A stretch of DNA of 64,000 nucleotides from Rhodoferax sp. (GTDB lineage Bacteria > Pseudomonadota > Gammaproteobacteria > Burkholderiales > Burkholderiaceae_C), in NCBI GenBank assembly GCA_043738115.1, contig JAYSZJ010000036.1, positions 23,996 through 87,995 on the forward strand. The letters run 5' to 3'. Positions within the stretch are counted from its first letter, which is position 1; every line of letters starts with the position of its first letter. Positions 10,470-21,368 of this stretch are shown here, piece by piece. The notes beneath the pieces are model-generated. The model was given only the letters and a program-made list of their open reading frames with translations. It did not search any database and was not told the origin of the DNA. The position numbers and the translations under genes were made by a program.

Positions 10470-11669
10470 TCACTTCGCAGACGAAGCGCTAGCCTGCGCG
10501 GCAACAGCCTGTGCAGCGCTTGCAGCGGGTGCTATAGAACCCATAGTACTAGATGCAACAACCACGGGGGCTGCAGCCACTTTTTGCTTGTACAGAGTCA
10601 CCTTCTCACCGGGTGCCAACACGTGCACACCGGCGGACACCACCTGCATGCCAGGCTGTAGTCCGGAAGCGATGACAACCTCATTGCCATCCGCAGTTGC
10701 AATCTGGACAGGGTGCAACTTGACCGTCATCGTGTTGGTATCCAGCAACCACACGGCAGACGTCTTGCCGTCCTGGCGCAGGGCACTGGTGGGCAACTTG
10801 ATGACCTGCACATTGCTGCGGTCAAAGGCCTGGGGAATGACGGACACCGTGGTCCCCAAAGCCAGCGCATCCTTGGCGTCCAAGGCTTCCAGTCCAACCT
10901 TGACAGTGAAGGTGCGGGTGATGGGGTCGGCACTCGCCGCTACTTCACGCACCACGCCCTTGAAGGACGTCTTGCCAGCCCAGGCCCGCACTTCCACGCT
11001 GGAGCCGGCCTTGATCATGGCAACCTTGTCTTCCGGCACCGCAAACACCACATCGCGCGGTCCGTCCTGCGCGATGCGCAATACCGGCGTGCCGGCAGCT
11101 ACCACCTGGCCGGGCTCGGCCTCGACCGCCGTGATCACGCCGGAAGTATCGGCCACCAGGGTCGTGTAAGCGGCCTGGTTACCCTGCCCCCTGGACTGGG
11201 CCTGGGCCTGGTCCAGTTGCGCTTGGGCGGCTTTGAGCGCGGCATCGCGGCGCTCCAGCTCGGCGCCACTGATGAAATTCTGGTCCCGCAATTCCTTGAA
11301 GCGCTTGTAATCGGCGGCGGCAAGATCCCGGTTGGTCAGCGCGGCAGCCACTTGGGCTTTCCCGGCCTGGGCGGCCAACTGGTAATCCTGCGGGTCCAGC
11401 TGCGCAAGCACATCACCCGCCTTGACCCGCTGACCCAGCTCTGCCTGGCGGCGCACCATCTTGCCGGCGACACGGAAGCCCAGCCTGGATTCGACACGCG
11501 CCCGCACCTCACCCGCAAATTCGGCACCCGAGTGCATGTTGTCGATGCCGACCGTCAGCACCTTGACCGAGCGTATCGGCGCTTCAGGTGGGGCGGGTTT
11601 GGAGCAGGCGCTGAGCAACAATGTGGCTGCGGCAAGCGCCAGCACGGTGGGGAGTAATTTGGAAGGCAT
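10470..11669 (-). CDS. RND periplasmic adaptor (MFP) lipoprotein; C-terminal tail partly encoded by the 63-nt repeat
   Basis: Lipobox LLLSAC, lipoyl/alpha-hairpin pattern, adjacent to the permease. Confidence 0.93.
   Translation of the reverse strand: MPSKLLPTVLALAAATLLLSACSKPAPPEAPIRSVKVLTVGIDNMHSGAEFAGEVRARVESRLGFRVAGKMVRRQAELGQRVKAGDVLAQLDPQDYQLAAQAGKAQVAAALTNRDLAAADYKRFKELRDQNFISGAELERRDAALKAAQAQLDQAQAQSRGQGNQAAYTTLVADTSGVITAVEAEPGQVVAAGTPVLRIAQDGPRDVVFAVPEDKVAMIKAGSSVEVRAWAGKTSFKGVVREVAASADPITRTFTVKVGLEALDAKDALALGTTVSVIPQAFDRSNVQVIKLPTSALRQDGKTSAVWLLDTNTMTVKLHPVQIATADGNEVVIASGLQPGMQVVSAGVHVLAPGEKVTLYKQKVAAAPVVVASSTMGSIAPAASAAQAVAAQASASSAK
10530..10592 (-). repeat. 63-nt in-frame repeat, copy in the MFP gene (encodes YKQKVAAAPVVVASSTMGSIA)
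   Basis: Ungapped 37/63 match to the aceE copy, keeping AGCCCCCGT and the terminal ATAGCA. Confidence 0.65.
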
Positions 11670-11708
11670 GGCGGGACCGTAAAAGGGTTAAGACAACAAA
11701 ATCTCGTT

Positions 11709-11730
11709 TAATGACCGGATGGTTAGTAAT
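11709..11730. promoter_or_regulatory. Imperfect palindrome (TGACC-GGAT-GGTTA) upstream of the MFP gene, possible TetR-type operator
   Basis: Lies in the AT-rich intergenic region 5' of the efflux operon. No cognate regulator gene nearby. Confidence 0.3.
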
Positions 11731-11813
11731 TTAATCTAACTACGAATTCCTGTCAACCACTTTGCTGCACTGCAACCTAACGCTCCCTCCGCCGGCCCTA
11801 AGCCCGACGGCGC

Positions 11814-14800
11814 TCAGTCGTAGGCGATCACCGCTTTTCCCTGGTCGGCCTGGGCACGCCATCCCGCCAAAGCCGCGTCGCTTGGGTAGAAGCGCGCGTT
11901 CTCGCCCAATTGCAGCTCGGCGCTAGCGCCGCTGCACAAGGCGTCACCAGCCGCTTCTGCGGCCCCTTGTTCCGCACCGTCGATGACACGCTGCACCGCC
12001 AGCCGCACGGCCAATCCGCGTACCAGCTCACCCTGCTCGGTCTGCTCGCGTTTGGCGGGAAATTCGCGCACCAAACGGGCAACATCCGGGCCGGAACTGG
12101 ATCCCGCCGCATTCACCGCCACCCGCAGGTATTTGCCGAAGCGGCAGCGCGCCTGCTCCAAGTCCCATACCTGGGTAATGGTGAGCTGTTTGCCGCCGGA
12201 GAAACGGTCATCGCGCACCTTGCCCATGACGATGATCAGTTCGTCGTCCTTGAACAGATGTTTGTTGGCATTGATGAGTTCTTCCTCAGCCCGCGCATCG
12301 ATCATCGCGGACTTGTCGTCCAGCTTGAACAGCGCCAGCTTGCCGCGCTGGCCGTTGATGACACGGAAATCGGTGACGATGCCCGCCAGCAACTGCGGCT
12401 CACGCGTGTCGATCAGTTCCTCGATCGGACGTTTGGCAAAACGGCGCACCTCCAGCGTCACTTCGTCAAACAAATGGCCTGACAGGTAGAAGCCTACGGC
12501 CGTCTTCTCGTACGTCAGCCGCTCTTTGATGCCCCAGGGCATCACGTCCACCAATTCGGGTTCTTGCGTGCTGGAGCCATGGTCGTCTTCACCGCCCATG
12601 TCGAACAGGCCGTGTTGGTTGGCGTTGGCCGCACTGGCGGCCGCAAAGTCAAAAGCCCGGTCTATGGACGCGGACAGGGCTGCACGGTTGAGTTGCAATG
12701 TATCGAAGGCACCAGCCTTGATCAGCGCGTCCACGCAACGCTTGTTCAGGCGACTGCGGTCCACACGGCGGGCAAAGTCAAACAGGCTGGTGAATGGGCC
12801 GTCTTCGCCCGTGGGGCCTTTGCCTTCACGCGCCGCCACAATGGCCTCAATTGCCTGCTGGCCCGTGCCTTTGATGGCGCCCAGACCGTAGCGAATTTCC
12901 TTGTTGGAGATGGGCTCAAAGCGGTGGCGGCCCCGGTTGATGTTCGGCGGCTCAAAGGACAGGCCCATCTTCTCGGCGTCTTCAAACAACACCTTGAGCT
13001 TGTCGGTGTCGTCCATTTCCACCGTCATATTGGCGCAGAAGAACTCGGCCGTGTAGTGGACCTTGATCCAGCCCGTGTGGTAAGCCAGGAGCGAGTAGGC
13101 AGCAGCGTGCGACTTGTTGAAGCCGTAGCCTGCAAACTTCTCCATCAAGTCGAAAACTTCGTCGGCTTTTTCTTCTGTGATGTCGTTCTTGGCGGCACCC
13201 GCGCGGAAGATGCTGCGGTGCTCGGCCATCTCCTCGGCCTTCTTCTTGCCCATGGCCCGGCGCAACATGTCGGCGCCGCCCAGTGAATAGCCGCCCAGGA
13301 TCTGCGCGGTCTGCATCACCTGCTCCTGGTAGACCATGATGCCGTAGGTCTCGCTCAGCATCTCGGCCACCAGCGGATGCGGGTACTCGATGACCTCGCG
13401 CCCGTGTTTGCGCGCCACAAAGCTGGGGATCAGGTCCATGGGGCCGGGGCGGTACAGCGCATTCAGCGCAATCAGGTCTTCCAGGCGCGACGGTTTGGCA
13501 TCCTTCAGCATGCGCTGCATGCCGGTACTTTCAAACTGGAATACGGCTTCGGTTTTTCCGTCCGAGAAAAGTTTGTAGACCTTGGTATCGTCCAGCGGCA
13601 GGTTCTCGTACGCAAACTTCTCCTGGCCCGGGTGGCGCTGCATGATGAACTCGCGCGCGATCTCCAGGATGGTCAGCGTGGCCAGGCCCAAGAAGTCAAA
13701 CTTGACCAGGCCAATAGCCTCCACGTCGTCCTTGTCGTACTGGCTAACCGCCGATTCGCTACCGGGCTGCTGGTACAGCGGGCAGAAATCGGTCAGCTTG
13801 CCAGGCGCAATCAATACACCCCCGGCGTGCATACCGATATTGCGGGTCATGCCCTCGAGCTTGCGGGCCATCTCCAGCAGCGTCTTGACGTCTTCTTCCT
13901 TGGCTTCGCGCTCGGCCAATATCGGCTCGGCTTCCGAGGCATACACGTACTTGTCGTTTTTCTTGCCGTCGGTAGGTGGCAGTTGCAGCGTGACGTTGGT
14001 GCCCGGCTTGTTGGGGATGAGTTTGCTGATGCCGTCGCAAAAGGTGTAACTCATGTCCAGCACACGGCCCACATCACGGATCACGCCGCGCGCGGCCATG
14101 GTACCGAAGGTGGCGATCTGGCTCACGGCGTCTTTGCCGTATTTGTCTTTGACGTAGTCGATGACCAAGTTGCGGTTGGTCTGGCAGAAGTCGATATCGA
14201 AGTCGGGCATGGATACCCGCTCGGGGTTCAAAAACCGCTCGAACAGCAACTTGTAACGGATAGGGTCCAAGTCGGTGATCTTCAGCGCATAGGCCACCAA
14301 CGAGCCGGCACCGGAGCCCCGCCCCGGCCCCACCGGGCAGCCGTTGTTTTTTGCCCAATTGATGAAGTCCCCCACGATCAGGAAGTAGCCGGGGAAACCC
14401 ATCTTCAAAATGGTGCCAATCTCGAACTCCAGCCGCTCCACATACGCGGGCATCTGTGCTTCGCGCTCGGCGTCATTCGGGTACAGGTGCGCCATGCGCT
14501 CCTTCAGACCTTCGTGTGATGCGTAGCGGAAATACTCTTCCGGCGTCATGCGCTGGCCGTTGACCAGGGGTGTCGGGAACTCGGGTAGATAGTTTTTGCC
14601 CAGCACCAAGGTCAGACTGCAGCGTTTGGCGATCTCCAGCGTGTTCGCCACGGCGGACGGGATATCGGCAAACAGCGCCTGCATCTGCGCGGCGGACTTG
14701 AAATACTGCTCGCGGGTGAACTTGCGCACGCGCTTGGCATTGCCCAGGATTTCGCCATCGGCAATACACACACGGGCCTCGTGGGCCTCAAAATCTTCCG

Positions 14801-15410
14801 CGGTGGTGAACTGCACCGGGTGCGTGGCCACCACCGGCAGGCTGATGCGGGCGGCCAACTGCACGGTGGCAATGACATGGGCTTCGTCATCGGTGCGACC
14901 GGCACGCTGCAACTCCAGGTAAAAGCGGTGCGGAAACAGGCCGCCCAGTTGCAGCGCCACTTCGCGCGCACGGGCTTCATCACCCTGCACCAGCGCCTGC
15001 CCGACAGGCCCCGCTTGTGCGCCTGAGAGCGCAATCAGACCTTCATTCAACTCCTGCAACCACGCCAGCTTGATAACGGCCTGGTTTTTGACAATATTTT
15101 TTGTGTAGCCCCGTGCCAGTAGCTCCGACAGGTTCAAATAACCCTGCTTGTTCTGCACCAGCAACACCATGCGTGACAAGGCTGTGGCGTCCCCTCCCAG
15201 GCCCTCCAGAAATATCTCAACACCAATGATGGGTTTGGTGCCCTTGGCGCGCGCCTGTTTGTAAAACTTGATGGCGCCAAACAGGTTACTCAGGTCGGTG
15301 ATGGCCAGTGCAGGCTGGCCATCGGCCACCGCCGCAGCCACCACGTCGTCGATTCGGTTGGTTCCATCAACGACGGAAAATTCGGTGTGCAGGCGCAGGT
15401 GTACAAACAT
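11814..15410 (-). CDS. dnaE: DNA polymerase III alpha subunit
   Basis: PHP domain HLRLHTEFS, GRGSGAGS, SMPDFDIDF, YGFNKSH. Confidence 0.98.
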   Translation of the reverse strand: MFVHLRLHTEFSVVDGTNRIDDVVAAAVADGQPALAITDLSNLFGAIKFYKQARAKGTKPIIGVEIFLEGLGGDATALSRMVLLVQNKQGYLNLSELLARGYTKNIVKNQAVIKLAWLQELNEGLIALSGAQAGPVGQALVQGDEARAREVALQLGGLFPHRFYLELQRAGRTDDEAHVIATVQLAARISLPVVATHPVQFTTAEDFEAHEARVCIADGEILGNAKRVRKFTREQYFKSAAQMQALFADIPSAVANTLEIAKRCSLTLVLGKNYLPEFPTPLVNGQRMTPEEYFRYASHEGLKERMAHLYPNDAEREAQMPAYVERLEFEIGTILKMGFPGYFLIVGDFINWAKNNGCPVGPGRGSGAGSLVAYALKITDLDPIRYKLLFERFLNPERVSMPDFDIDFCQTNRNLVIDYVKDKYGKDAVSQIATFGTMAARGVIRDVGRVLDMSYTFCDGISKLIPNKPGTNVTLQLPPTDGKKNDKYVYASEAEPILAEREAKEEDVKTLLEMARKLEGMTRNIGMHAGGVLIAPGKLTDFCPLYQQPGSESAVSQYDKDDVEAIGLVKFDFLGLATLTILEIAREFIMQRHPGQEKFAYENLPLDDTKVYKLFSDGKTEAVFQFESTGMQRMLKDAKPSRLEDLIALNALYRPGPMDLIPSFVARKHGREVIEYPHPLVAEMLSETYGIMVYQEQVMQTAQILGGYSLGGADMLRRAMGKKKAEEMAEHRSIFRAGAAKNDITEEKADEVFDLMEKFAGYGFNKSHAAAYSLLAYHTGWIKVHYTAEFFCANMTVEMDDTDKLKVLFEDAEKMGLSFEPPNINRGRHRFEPISNKEIRYGLGAIKGTGQQAIEAIVAAREGKGPTGEDGPFTSLFDFARRVDRSRLNKRCVDALIKAGAFDTLQLNRAALSASIDRAFDFAAASAANANQHGLFDMGGEDDHGSSTQEPELVDVMPWGIKERLTYEKTAVGFYLSGHLFDEVTLEVRRFAKRPIEELIDTREPQLLAGIVTDFRVINGQRGKLALFKLDDKSAMIDARAEEELINANKHLFKDDELIIVMGKVRDDRFSGGKQLTITQVWDLEQARCRFGKYLRVAVNAAGSSSGPDVARLVREFPAKREQTEQGELVRGLAVRLAVQRVIDGAEQGAAEAAGDALCSGASAELQLGENARFYPSDAALAGWRAQADQGKAVIAYD

Positions 15411-15518
15411 CCAAGGATTGTAGGTTTGAAACCGCGAACAGCGGCCTATTGCGGCCCCTATTCACCCCTTGCTTTTCTTTGCATTTACCTATTGTTCGGG
15501 CACAGCCAGGAGCCAGCC

Positions 15519-15725
15519 ATGCCCAACCCTACGCCCCCCCAGTACGAACTCCGTTTCCAGTCCCTGTTCCAAAGCGGGCGGGCATTTTCATTCCCTTGCG
15601 ACAGCGAAGGGCATGTGGACCTGAACAGCCTGGGCGACCGAGTGCGCGAGAGTTATCTGTATGCACGCGCGGTTGTGGGCAGGGAACTTGCGGCACCGGC
15701 GATACAGCCCAGCGCCCTGCACTGA
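15519..15725 (+). CDS. Small hypothetical protein (68 aa)
   Basis: SD AGGAG then ATG at 15519; MPNPTPPQYELRFQSLFQSGRAFSFPCDSEGHVDL...YLYARAVVGRE. Confidence 0.7.
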   Translation: MPNPTPPQYELRFQSLFQSGRAFSFPCDSEGHVDLNSLGDRVRESYLYARAVVGRELAAPAIQPSALH

Positions 15726-15751
15726 GCTGGCCTGTGGCCCACCCGCCGGTA

Positions 15752-16315
15752 TCAGGCCGTTACGCTGGCGGCCTTGGCAGCCAGCGCGGCAATACGCACA
15801 CCAAACAGGCGCCCGGTTTCCAGATCACCAGCGTTCATTTCGGCACCGCTGGCATCCCCCGGGGTCTGCGCCATAGGGCCAGCACTGGAAGCCAGATAGT
15901 TCACATCGCTGCGTTGCGAAGCCTTGGTGTTGTTGTAGTTCAGGCCCGTGCCCGCCCACAAGCCGCCATGCTGCATGGCAAGTGTCATGAAGTAGTGCAG
16001 CGTGGAATGCTTGTCGCCATTGACATTCGCACTGGCAGTGAAGCCCCCAAAGATTTTGTCCTTCCAGCTCTGGCTGTACCAGGGCTTGCTGCTGGCGTCG
16101 GCAAATTTTTTGAACTGCCAGCTGACGCTGCCCATGTAGGTGGGCGAGCCAAAAATGATGGCGTCGGCTTCGGCCAGCGCCTCCCACGCGCCGGCAGGCA
16201 GGTTGCCGTCGGCATCGATGGCGATCAGTTCGGCATTGGCGCCCTGTGCCACCGATTGCGCCAAGCGCTGGGTGTGGCCATAACCCGAGTGAAAAACCAC
16301 GACTACTTTTGTCAT
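15752..16315 (-). CDS. WrbA-like flavodoxin / NAD(P)H:quinone oxidoreductase
   Basis: HSGYGHT FMN loop, IFGSPTYMGS. Confidence 0.92.
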   Translation of the reverse strand: MTKVVVVFHSGYGHTQRLAQSVAQGANAELIAIDADGNLPAGAWEALAEADAIIFGSPTYMGSVSWQFKKFADASSKPWYSQSWKDKIFGGFTASANVNGDKHSTLHYFMTLAMQHGGLWAGTGLNYNNTKASQRSDVNYLASSAGPMAQTPGDASGAEMNAGDLETGRLFGVRIAALAAKAASVTA

Positions 16316-16354
16316 TTTTGCATTCCTCTTTTCTAAACCTTGTGTTGCAGACCT

Positions 16355-17056
16355 TCAGGCCTGCAGATCAAAAAACAAGACTTCCGCATCCTTGGCCTGG
16401 TCCAGGCTGACATGGGCTTCGTTTTCCAGCAACGCCGCATCACCACCGCTGAGCGCCACACCATTAACTGATACGGAGCCCCGCACAATGTGTACGTAAG
16501 CCTTGCGCTTGGGGTCCATGGCCAACGAGGCCGTCTGTGCACCATCCAACAAGCCACTGTACAGGCGGGCATCGGCATGGATCAGCACAGATTCATTAGC
16601 ACCGTCCGGCGATGCCACCAGGCGCAATACCCCCTGCTTCTCCGCATCGCTGAATGCCTTTTGTTCGTAACTCGGCGCAATGCCGGTCACATTCGGCTCG
16701 ATCCAGATTTGCAGGAAATGCGTGGTGTCGTTAGGCGCATGGTTGAACTCGCTGTGCTGCACACCGCGCCCCGCACTCATGCGCTGCACGTCACCGGGCG
16801 GAATGCCCTTGACGTTGCCCATGCTGTCCTTGTGTGCCAAGTTGCCGGACAACACATAACTGATGATTTCCATATCGCGGTGGCCATGCGTGCCAAAGCC
16901 GGTTCCGGGAGCGATGCGGTCTTCGTTGATGACGCGCAGGTTGCCCCAGCCCATGTGTTCGGGATCGTAATACCCCGCAAAGGAAAAGCTGTGGAAAGAC
17001 TTGAGCCAGCCATGGTCGGCATAACCCCGCTCAGATGATCTGCGTACGGTCAACAT
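16355..17056 (-). CDS. Pirin family protein (YhhW-like)
   Basis: HSFSFA, FGTHGHRDMEIISYV, GVQHSEFN. Confidence 0.94.
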   Translation of the reverse strand: MLTVRRSSERGYADHGWLKSFHSFSFAGYYDPEHMGWGNLRVINEDRIAPGTGFGTHGHRDMEIISYVLSGNLAHKDSMGNVKGIPPGDVQRMSAGRGVQHSEFNHAPNDTTHFLQIWIEPNVTGIAPSYEQKAFSDAEKQGVLRLVASPDGANESVLIHADARLYSGLLDGAQTASLAMDPKRKAYVHIVRGSVSVNGVALSGGDAALLENEAHVSLDQAKDAEVLFFDLQA

Positions 17057-17167
17057 AGTGTTTGTTCCTTTCGATGCTTTGAATTTTGCGGCTGGCAAGG
17101 CTTATTCCCATGCACGGTGATTGATGGCATCATTCAAATAATTTCAATTTGATCAGGTGGTAAGTTC

Positions 17168-18112
17168 ATGCAAACCGCACGCGATGTGCTGACACCGGAC
17201 GCCTTGGCCATGCTGCAGGCGATCGCGGACGCCGGCAGCTTTGCGGCGGCGGCCCGCGCCATGGGCATGGTGCCCAGCGCGCTGACCTACCGGGTGCGCC
17301 AGATTGAGGACGCGCTGGATGTGCTGCTGTACGACCGCAGTTCGCGCCAAGCCAAGCTCACCCGTGCTGGTGCCGAACTGCTGCGCGAAGGCGCGCGCCT
17401 GCTGCAAGAGATTGACGCCGTGGCCAACCGCGTCAAGCGCGTCGCCACCGGGTGGGAATCCCAGCTGACCATCGCCGTGGACACGGTGATTTCCAAAAAC
17501 ACGATGATGGAGCTGTGCGAAAGCTTCTTCAGCCTGAACCCGCCTACCCGCATCAAGCTGCGCGACGAAGCCCTGACGGGCACGCTGGAGGCACTCACCT
17601 CGGGTCAGGCCGATCTGGCCTTGGGGGTGGCACTGGACGCAGCCAATATGGCCGGCATACAGAGCAAACCGCTGGGCAGCATGGAGTTTGTGTATGTGGT
17701 TGCGCCGCACCATGCACTGGCAGATGCCGCCGAACCCTTGAGCGACACGCTGATCCAGCAACACCGCGCGGTCGCCGTAGCCGACTCCCTGCAACGCGGC
17801 GCGGGCCTGACGTTTGGCCTGCTCAGCGGTCAAGATGTGTTTACCGTCGGCACCATGCATGCCAAGCTGGATGCCCAGTTGCGTGGCCTGGGCGGCGGCT
17901 ACCTTCCGCGCTGCATGGCCGGCGCCTACATTGACACCGGTCGCCTGGTCGTAAAAAAGACCGAGCGCCCGCAGCGCCAGGTGCCGCTGAGTTTTGCATG
18001 GCGCGGTGCCACCGCATCCACCCAAGGGCGCGCCTTGCAATGGTGGCTGCAGCAGATGGAAAGCCCGATGACGCGGGCGGCGCTGCTGGAACAACACCGC
18101 GGAAATTCCTGA
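17168..18112 (+). CDS. LysR family regulator (YhaJ-like), divergent from pirin
   Basis: GSFAAAARAMGMVPSALTYRVRQIED helix-turn-helix. Confidence 0.94.
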   Translation: MQTARDVLTPDALAMLQAIADAGSFAAAARAMGMVPSALTYRVRQIEDALDVLLYDRSSRQAKLTRAGAELLREGARLLQEIDAVANRVKRVATGWESQLTIAVDTVISKNTMMELCESFFSLNPPTRIKLRDEALTGTLEALTSGQADLALGVALDAANMAGIQSKPLGSMEFVYVVAPHHALADAAEPLSDTLIQQHRAVAVADSLQRGAGLTFGLLSGQDVFTVGTMHAKLDAQLRGLGGGYLPRCMAGAYIDTGRLVVKKTERPQRQVPLSFAWRGATASTQGRALQWWLQQMESPMTRAALLEQHRGNS

Positions 18113-18172
18113 CCGCGCACGACTCACGTATAAACTGGCACAAACAACCCACAACTCTTGGAGACAACCCCC

Positions 18173-19216
18173 ATGACCGCTTCCAGACACATTGCCATCG
18201 TCGGCGCCGGTATGGCCGCAGTCACCTGCGCACGCACGCTGGTGCAGGCCGGCCACAGGGTCACCGTGTTCGAGAAGAGCCACACCGTGGGTGGTCGCAT
18301 GGCCACGCGCAACAGCCCCTTTGGCACTTTTGACACTGGCGCCCAGTACTTCACGGTGCGTGACCCGCGTTTCATGCAGGCGATGCAAACCACCCCTGCG
18401 GTGGGCAAACGCTGGAGCGCCAACACCGTGCAGGTGCTGGATGCCCATGGCCGCGTGGCTGCCGCAGGTCTGCCCGCACGCGAACCCCATTGGGTGCCCA
18501 GCCCCGGCATGAGCACGCTGGTGCGCCGTTGGGCCCAGCCCCTGGAAGCGGCCCAATGCCTGGAACTCAACACCCAAGTCACCCATATCGAACGCGACAC
18601 ACTGAACAAAGCCCAATGGCAACTGCGCACCACCGGCGCGGACGACAGCAGCCACGTTTACGGCGGTTTTGATGCCGTGGTACTGGCCATACCGTCACCC
18701 CAGGCCAAGGCACTGCTGGAGACGACTCCAAAGGCTGCGAGCTTGGCGAAGAAGATCAGCCGCGTCACCGTGTTGCCCTGCTGGACGCTGATGCTGGCCT
18801 TTCCGCAGGCCATGCAGCCCGGCCTTATGGCATTGGGTCCCCAGTGGAACGCCGCCCGCAGCACCCACCACCGCATTGCGTGGATGACTCGCGAGTCCAG
18901 CAAGCCCGGCCGTGGTGCCGTGGAGCGCTGGACCGTGCAGGCCAGCGCCGCCTGGTCGCAGGAACACTTGCAAGACGACGCCAAACGTGTGCAGGCCAAG
19001 CTTACCAAGGCCTTTGCCGAAGTCACCGGCATACGCGCCCAGGCCGCGCACGCCGACACCAAACGCTGGCTCTATGCCAAGACCGAGCATCCGCTGGGCC
19101 AATCCCATTTGTGGGACGCGAGTTCCGGCATTGGTGTGTGTGGCGACTGGTGTCTGGGGCACCGCGTGGAAGATGCCTTTGTGTCCGGGCTTGAGCTTGC
19201 ATTAGCCATCATTTGA
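18173..19216 (+). CDS. FAD-dependent oxidoreductase (renalase-like)
   Basis: IVGAGMA Rossmann motif, [31 protein letters not shown]. Confidence 0.9.
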   Translation: MTASRHIAIVGAGMAAVTCARTLVQAGHRVTVFEKSHTVGGRMATRNSPFGTFDTGAQYFTVRDPRFMQAMQTTPAVGKRWSANTVQVLDAHGRVAAAGLPAREPHWVPSPGMSTLVRRWAQPLEAAQCLELNTQVTHIERDTLNKAQWQLRTTGADDSSHVYGGFDAVVLAIPSPQAKALLETTPKAASLAKKISRVTVLPCWTLMLAFPQAMQPGLMALGPQWNAARSTHHRIAWMTRESSKPGRGAVERWTVQASAAWSQEHLQDDAKRVQAKLTKAFAEVTGIRAQAAHADTKRWLYAKTEHPLGQSHLWDASSGIGVCGDWCLGHRVEDAFVSGLELALAII

Positions 19217-20229
19217 GTTCTGCGACGATTTATAGAGGTCGGTTCGCGCCCTCTCCCACCGGCCCGTTGCACGCGGGCTCACTGGTGGCTGCGCTGGCGA
19301 GTTGGCTGGATGCGCGCGCGCATGGCGGGCAGTGGCTGGTGCGTATCGAAGACGTGGACGTGCCGCGCACAGTGGCCGGCGCAACCGAACGCATATTGCA
19401 ACAGCTCAGCGACTGCGGACTCGTATCCGATGAAGCCGTGGTGCTGCAATCCACACGCTCTACGCTGTACCAGCAGGCGCTGGATCAACTGGTCACCGCC
19501 CAACGGGCCTACCCCTGCTGCTGCTCGCGCAAGGACATCACAACCGCCATCGCGGCCCAAGGTCGCAACCGTGAGCGGCACGGCGAGCTGGTCTACCCCG
19601 GCACCTGCAGGCTTGGCATGCGGGTTACCCCCCCTGCCGATGCTGCAGAGCCCAGTCCCAGAACGCCAGCATGGCGCTTCCTGACCGAAGCACTTAAGAC
19701 AAACAGACCTACAGCCCCCGTCGGACATTATGAGTTTGCTACTAAAACGATAGCAAATCACTGGACAAACTGGCAAGACAGATTGCTAGGTGCGCAGCAA
19801 CAGGACGTGGCACATACGGTAGGCGACTTCGTGCTCAAGCGCGCGGACGGCTGCGCCACCTACCAACTGGCCGTGGTGGTGGATGACGGCGCGCAAGGCA
19901 TCACCCATGTGGTGCGTGGTTTGGACCTGGCAGACAACACGGCCCGCCAGGTGCTGCTGCAGCAGGCACTGGGCCTGCCCATGCCGCAGTACCTGCACAC
20001 ACCGCTGGTGCTGGGTGCCAATGGCGAAAAACTTTCCAAACAAAACGGTGCCCAGGCGCTGGATACATCCACGCCAGCTGCCGCACTGGCCGCCCTGCAA
20101 CAGGCGGCCCGGGCGCTGGGTCTGCCCGCCAGCCCACATAGCACCGTCCCCCAGGCCCTGGCCGATTGGACAGCCGCCTGGCGCCAGACTTATCTTGCGA
20201 CGGCTATACGCATGGACCGCGCCACGTAG
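19213..20229 (+). CDS. gluQ: Glutamyl-Q tRNA(Asp) synthetase, with an internal repeat-derived insertion
   Basis: [37 protein letters not shown]; lacks the anticodon-binding domain. Confidence 0.93.
   Translation: MSSATIYRGRFAPSPTGPLHAGSLVAALASWLDARAHGGQWLVRIEDVDVPRTVAGATERILQQLSDCGLVSDEAVVLQSTRSTLYQQALDQLVTAQRAYPCCCSRKDITTAIAAQGRNRERHGELVYPGTCRLGMRVTPPADAAEPSPRTPAWRFLTEALKTNRPTAPVGHYEFATKTIANHWTNWQDRLLGAQQQDVAHTVGDFVLKRADGCATYQLAVVVDDGAQGITHVVRGLDLADNTARQVLLQQALGLPMPQYLHTPLVLGANGEKLSKQNGAQALDTSTPAAALAALQQAARALGLPASPHSTVPQALADWTAAWRQTYLATAIRMDRAT
19693..19755 (+). repeat. 63-nt in-frame repeat, copy in gluQ (encodes [21 protein letters not shown])
   Basis: CTTAAG...AGCCCCCGTC...GCTACTAAAACGATAGCA; ungapped 39/63 match to the aceE copy. 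Confidence 0.75.
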
Positions 20230-21368
20230 AGCAGGCACAACACGGTCAAGCCCGCGCCCACCAGCACACCGGGTAAGACACGGGCCAGTGTCAGGGCCTC
20301 CCCCTTCAGCACCAGCATCATCAAGGTGTTCTGCGCCAGACCCGGCACCCACAAATACCAGGCGGCGTCGCCCCCAGGGTTCAGCATGCTGACCATGGGC
20401 GCCAACCCCACCAACGTGACGACCAGTGCGCTGCCGGCCTGCGCCTCCTTGAAAGTCTTGGAGCGTATCGCCAGCGCCATCAGCACCGCACCCAGCCCGG
20501 CGGCCAGCGGCAGCTGCAGCAGCAAAAAGACCAGCACCTCGTACCAGCCAAACTGGAACATGGCTTGCAGGCTGTCGCTTTGCAGCAGCCACTGCGCCGG
20601 CACAAAACTCAGGTTAGCCAGAAGGGCCACTGCCATGCCCAGCAGCGCCACCGCGCCCCACTTGCCCAGCACCAGCGCGAAGTGCTGGACCGGGTTCATC
20701 AGCAGGGGCTCCAGTGAACCGCGCTCGCGCTCGCCCGCCGTACTATCCAGCGCCGCGGTCAATGCCCCGTAAAGCACGGCCATGATGATGAACATCGGAA
20801 TGATGCCTGTGAGGCGGGCCGCGCGCGCCTGGGCGCTGGCCAGATCCCGCTCCTGCACATCCACGGCCTGCAGCAGTTCGGTGGATACGCCGCGCAGCGC
20901 CAGGCTCAGTGTGGCACGTTCGCGGTTAAAACCCTGCAACAGCCGCAGCAGTGTGGACACTCCGGCACCTGCACGCTGGTTGGCGCTGTCGCTGACAATC
21001 TCCACGGTGGGGCGCTCGCCGGTGCGCAGTGCCTCTTCAAAATCCTTGCCAACCACCAATACCGGTTCGAGCAGCGTGGTGGCACGCAACTGGGCCTCGA
21101 AATCCGAGGGCGCAGCTTTCAGCGTATAGGTCTGACGCTCCAAAAAATTGCGCAGGCTGGGCGCATGTTCCATACCCACCACCAAGACCATGCGTTTCTC
21201 GGCCCGCGCTTCCAGCGACGAGATCAGCGTCGACAGCGCTAACAGCAGCAGCGGCCCCATCAACACGGCCGGCACCAGCAGGCGCAGCAGCGTGCGCCGG
21301 TCGCGCAGCGCATCTGCCACCTCCTTGGTGAAGACGATCCAAAAACTCTTCAACAACAGCTTGCTCAT
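20190..21368 (-). CDS. ABC transporter permease (NatB-like)
   Basis: [13 protein letters not shown] motif, six transmembrane segments. Confidence 0.88.
   Translation of the reverse strand: MSKLLLKSFWIVFTKEVADALRDRRTLLRLLVPAVLMGPLLLLALSTLISSLEARAEKRMVLVVGMEHAPSLRNFLERQTYTLKAAPSDFEAQLRATTLLEPVLVVGKDFEEALRTGERPTVEIVSDSANQRAGAGVSTLLRLLQGFNRERATLSLALRGVSTELLQAVDVQERDLASAQARAARLTGIIPMFIIMAVLYGALTAALDSTAGERERGSLEPLLMNPVQHFALVLGKWGAVALLGMAVALLANLSFVPAQWLLQSDSLQAMFQFGWYEVLVFLLLQLPLAAGLGAVLMALAIRSKTFKEAQAGSALVVTLVGLAPMVSMLNPGGDAAWYLWVPGLAQNTLMMLVLKGEALTLARVLPGVLVGAGLTVLCLLYVARSMRIAVAR

Noticed and set aside
11814-15410. Intein or unusual insertion in dnaE
   Set aside because: Length is normal, there are no splicing motifs, and only short low-complexity linkers occur near the C-terminus.
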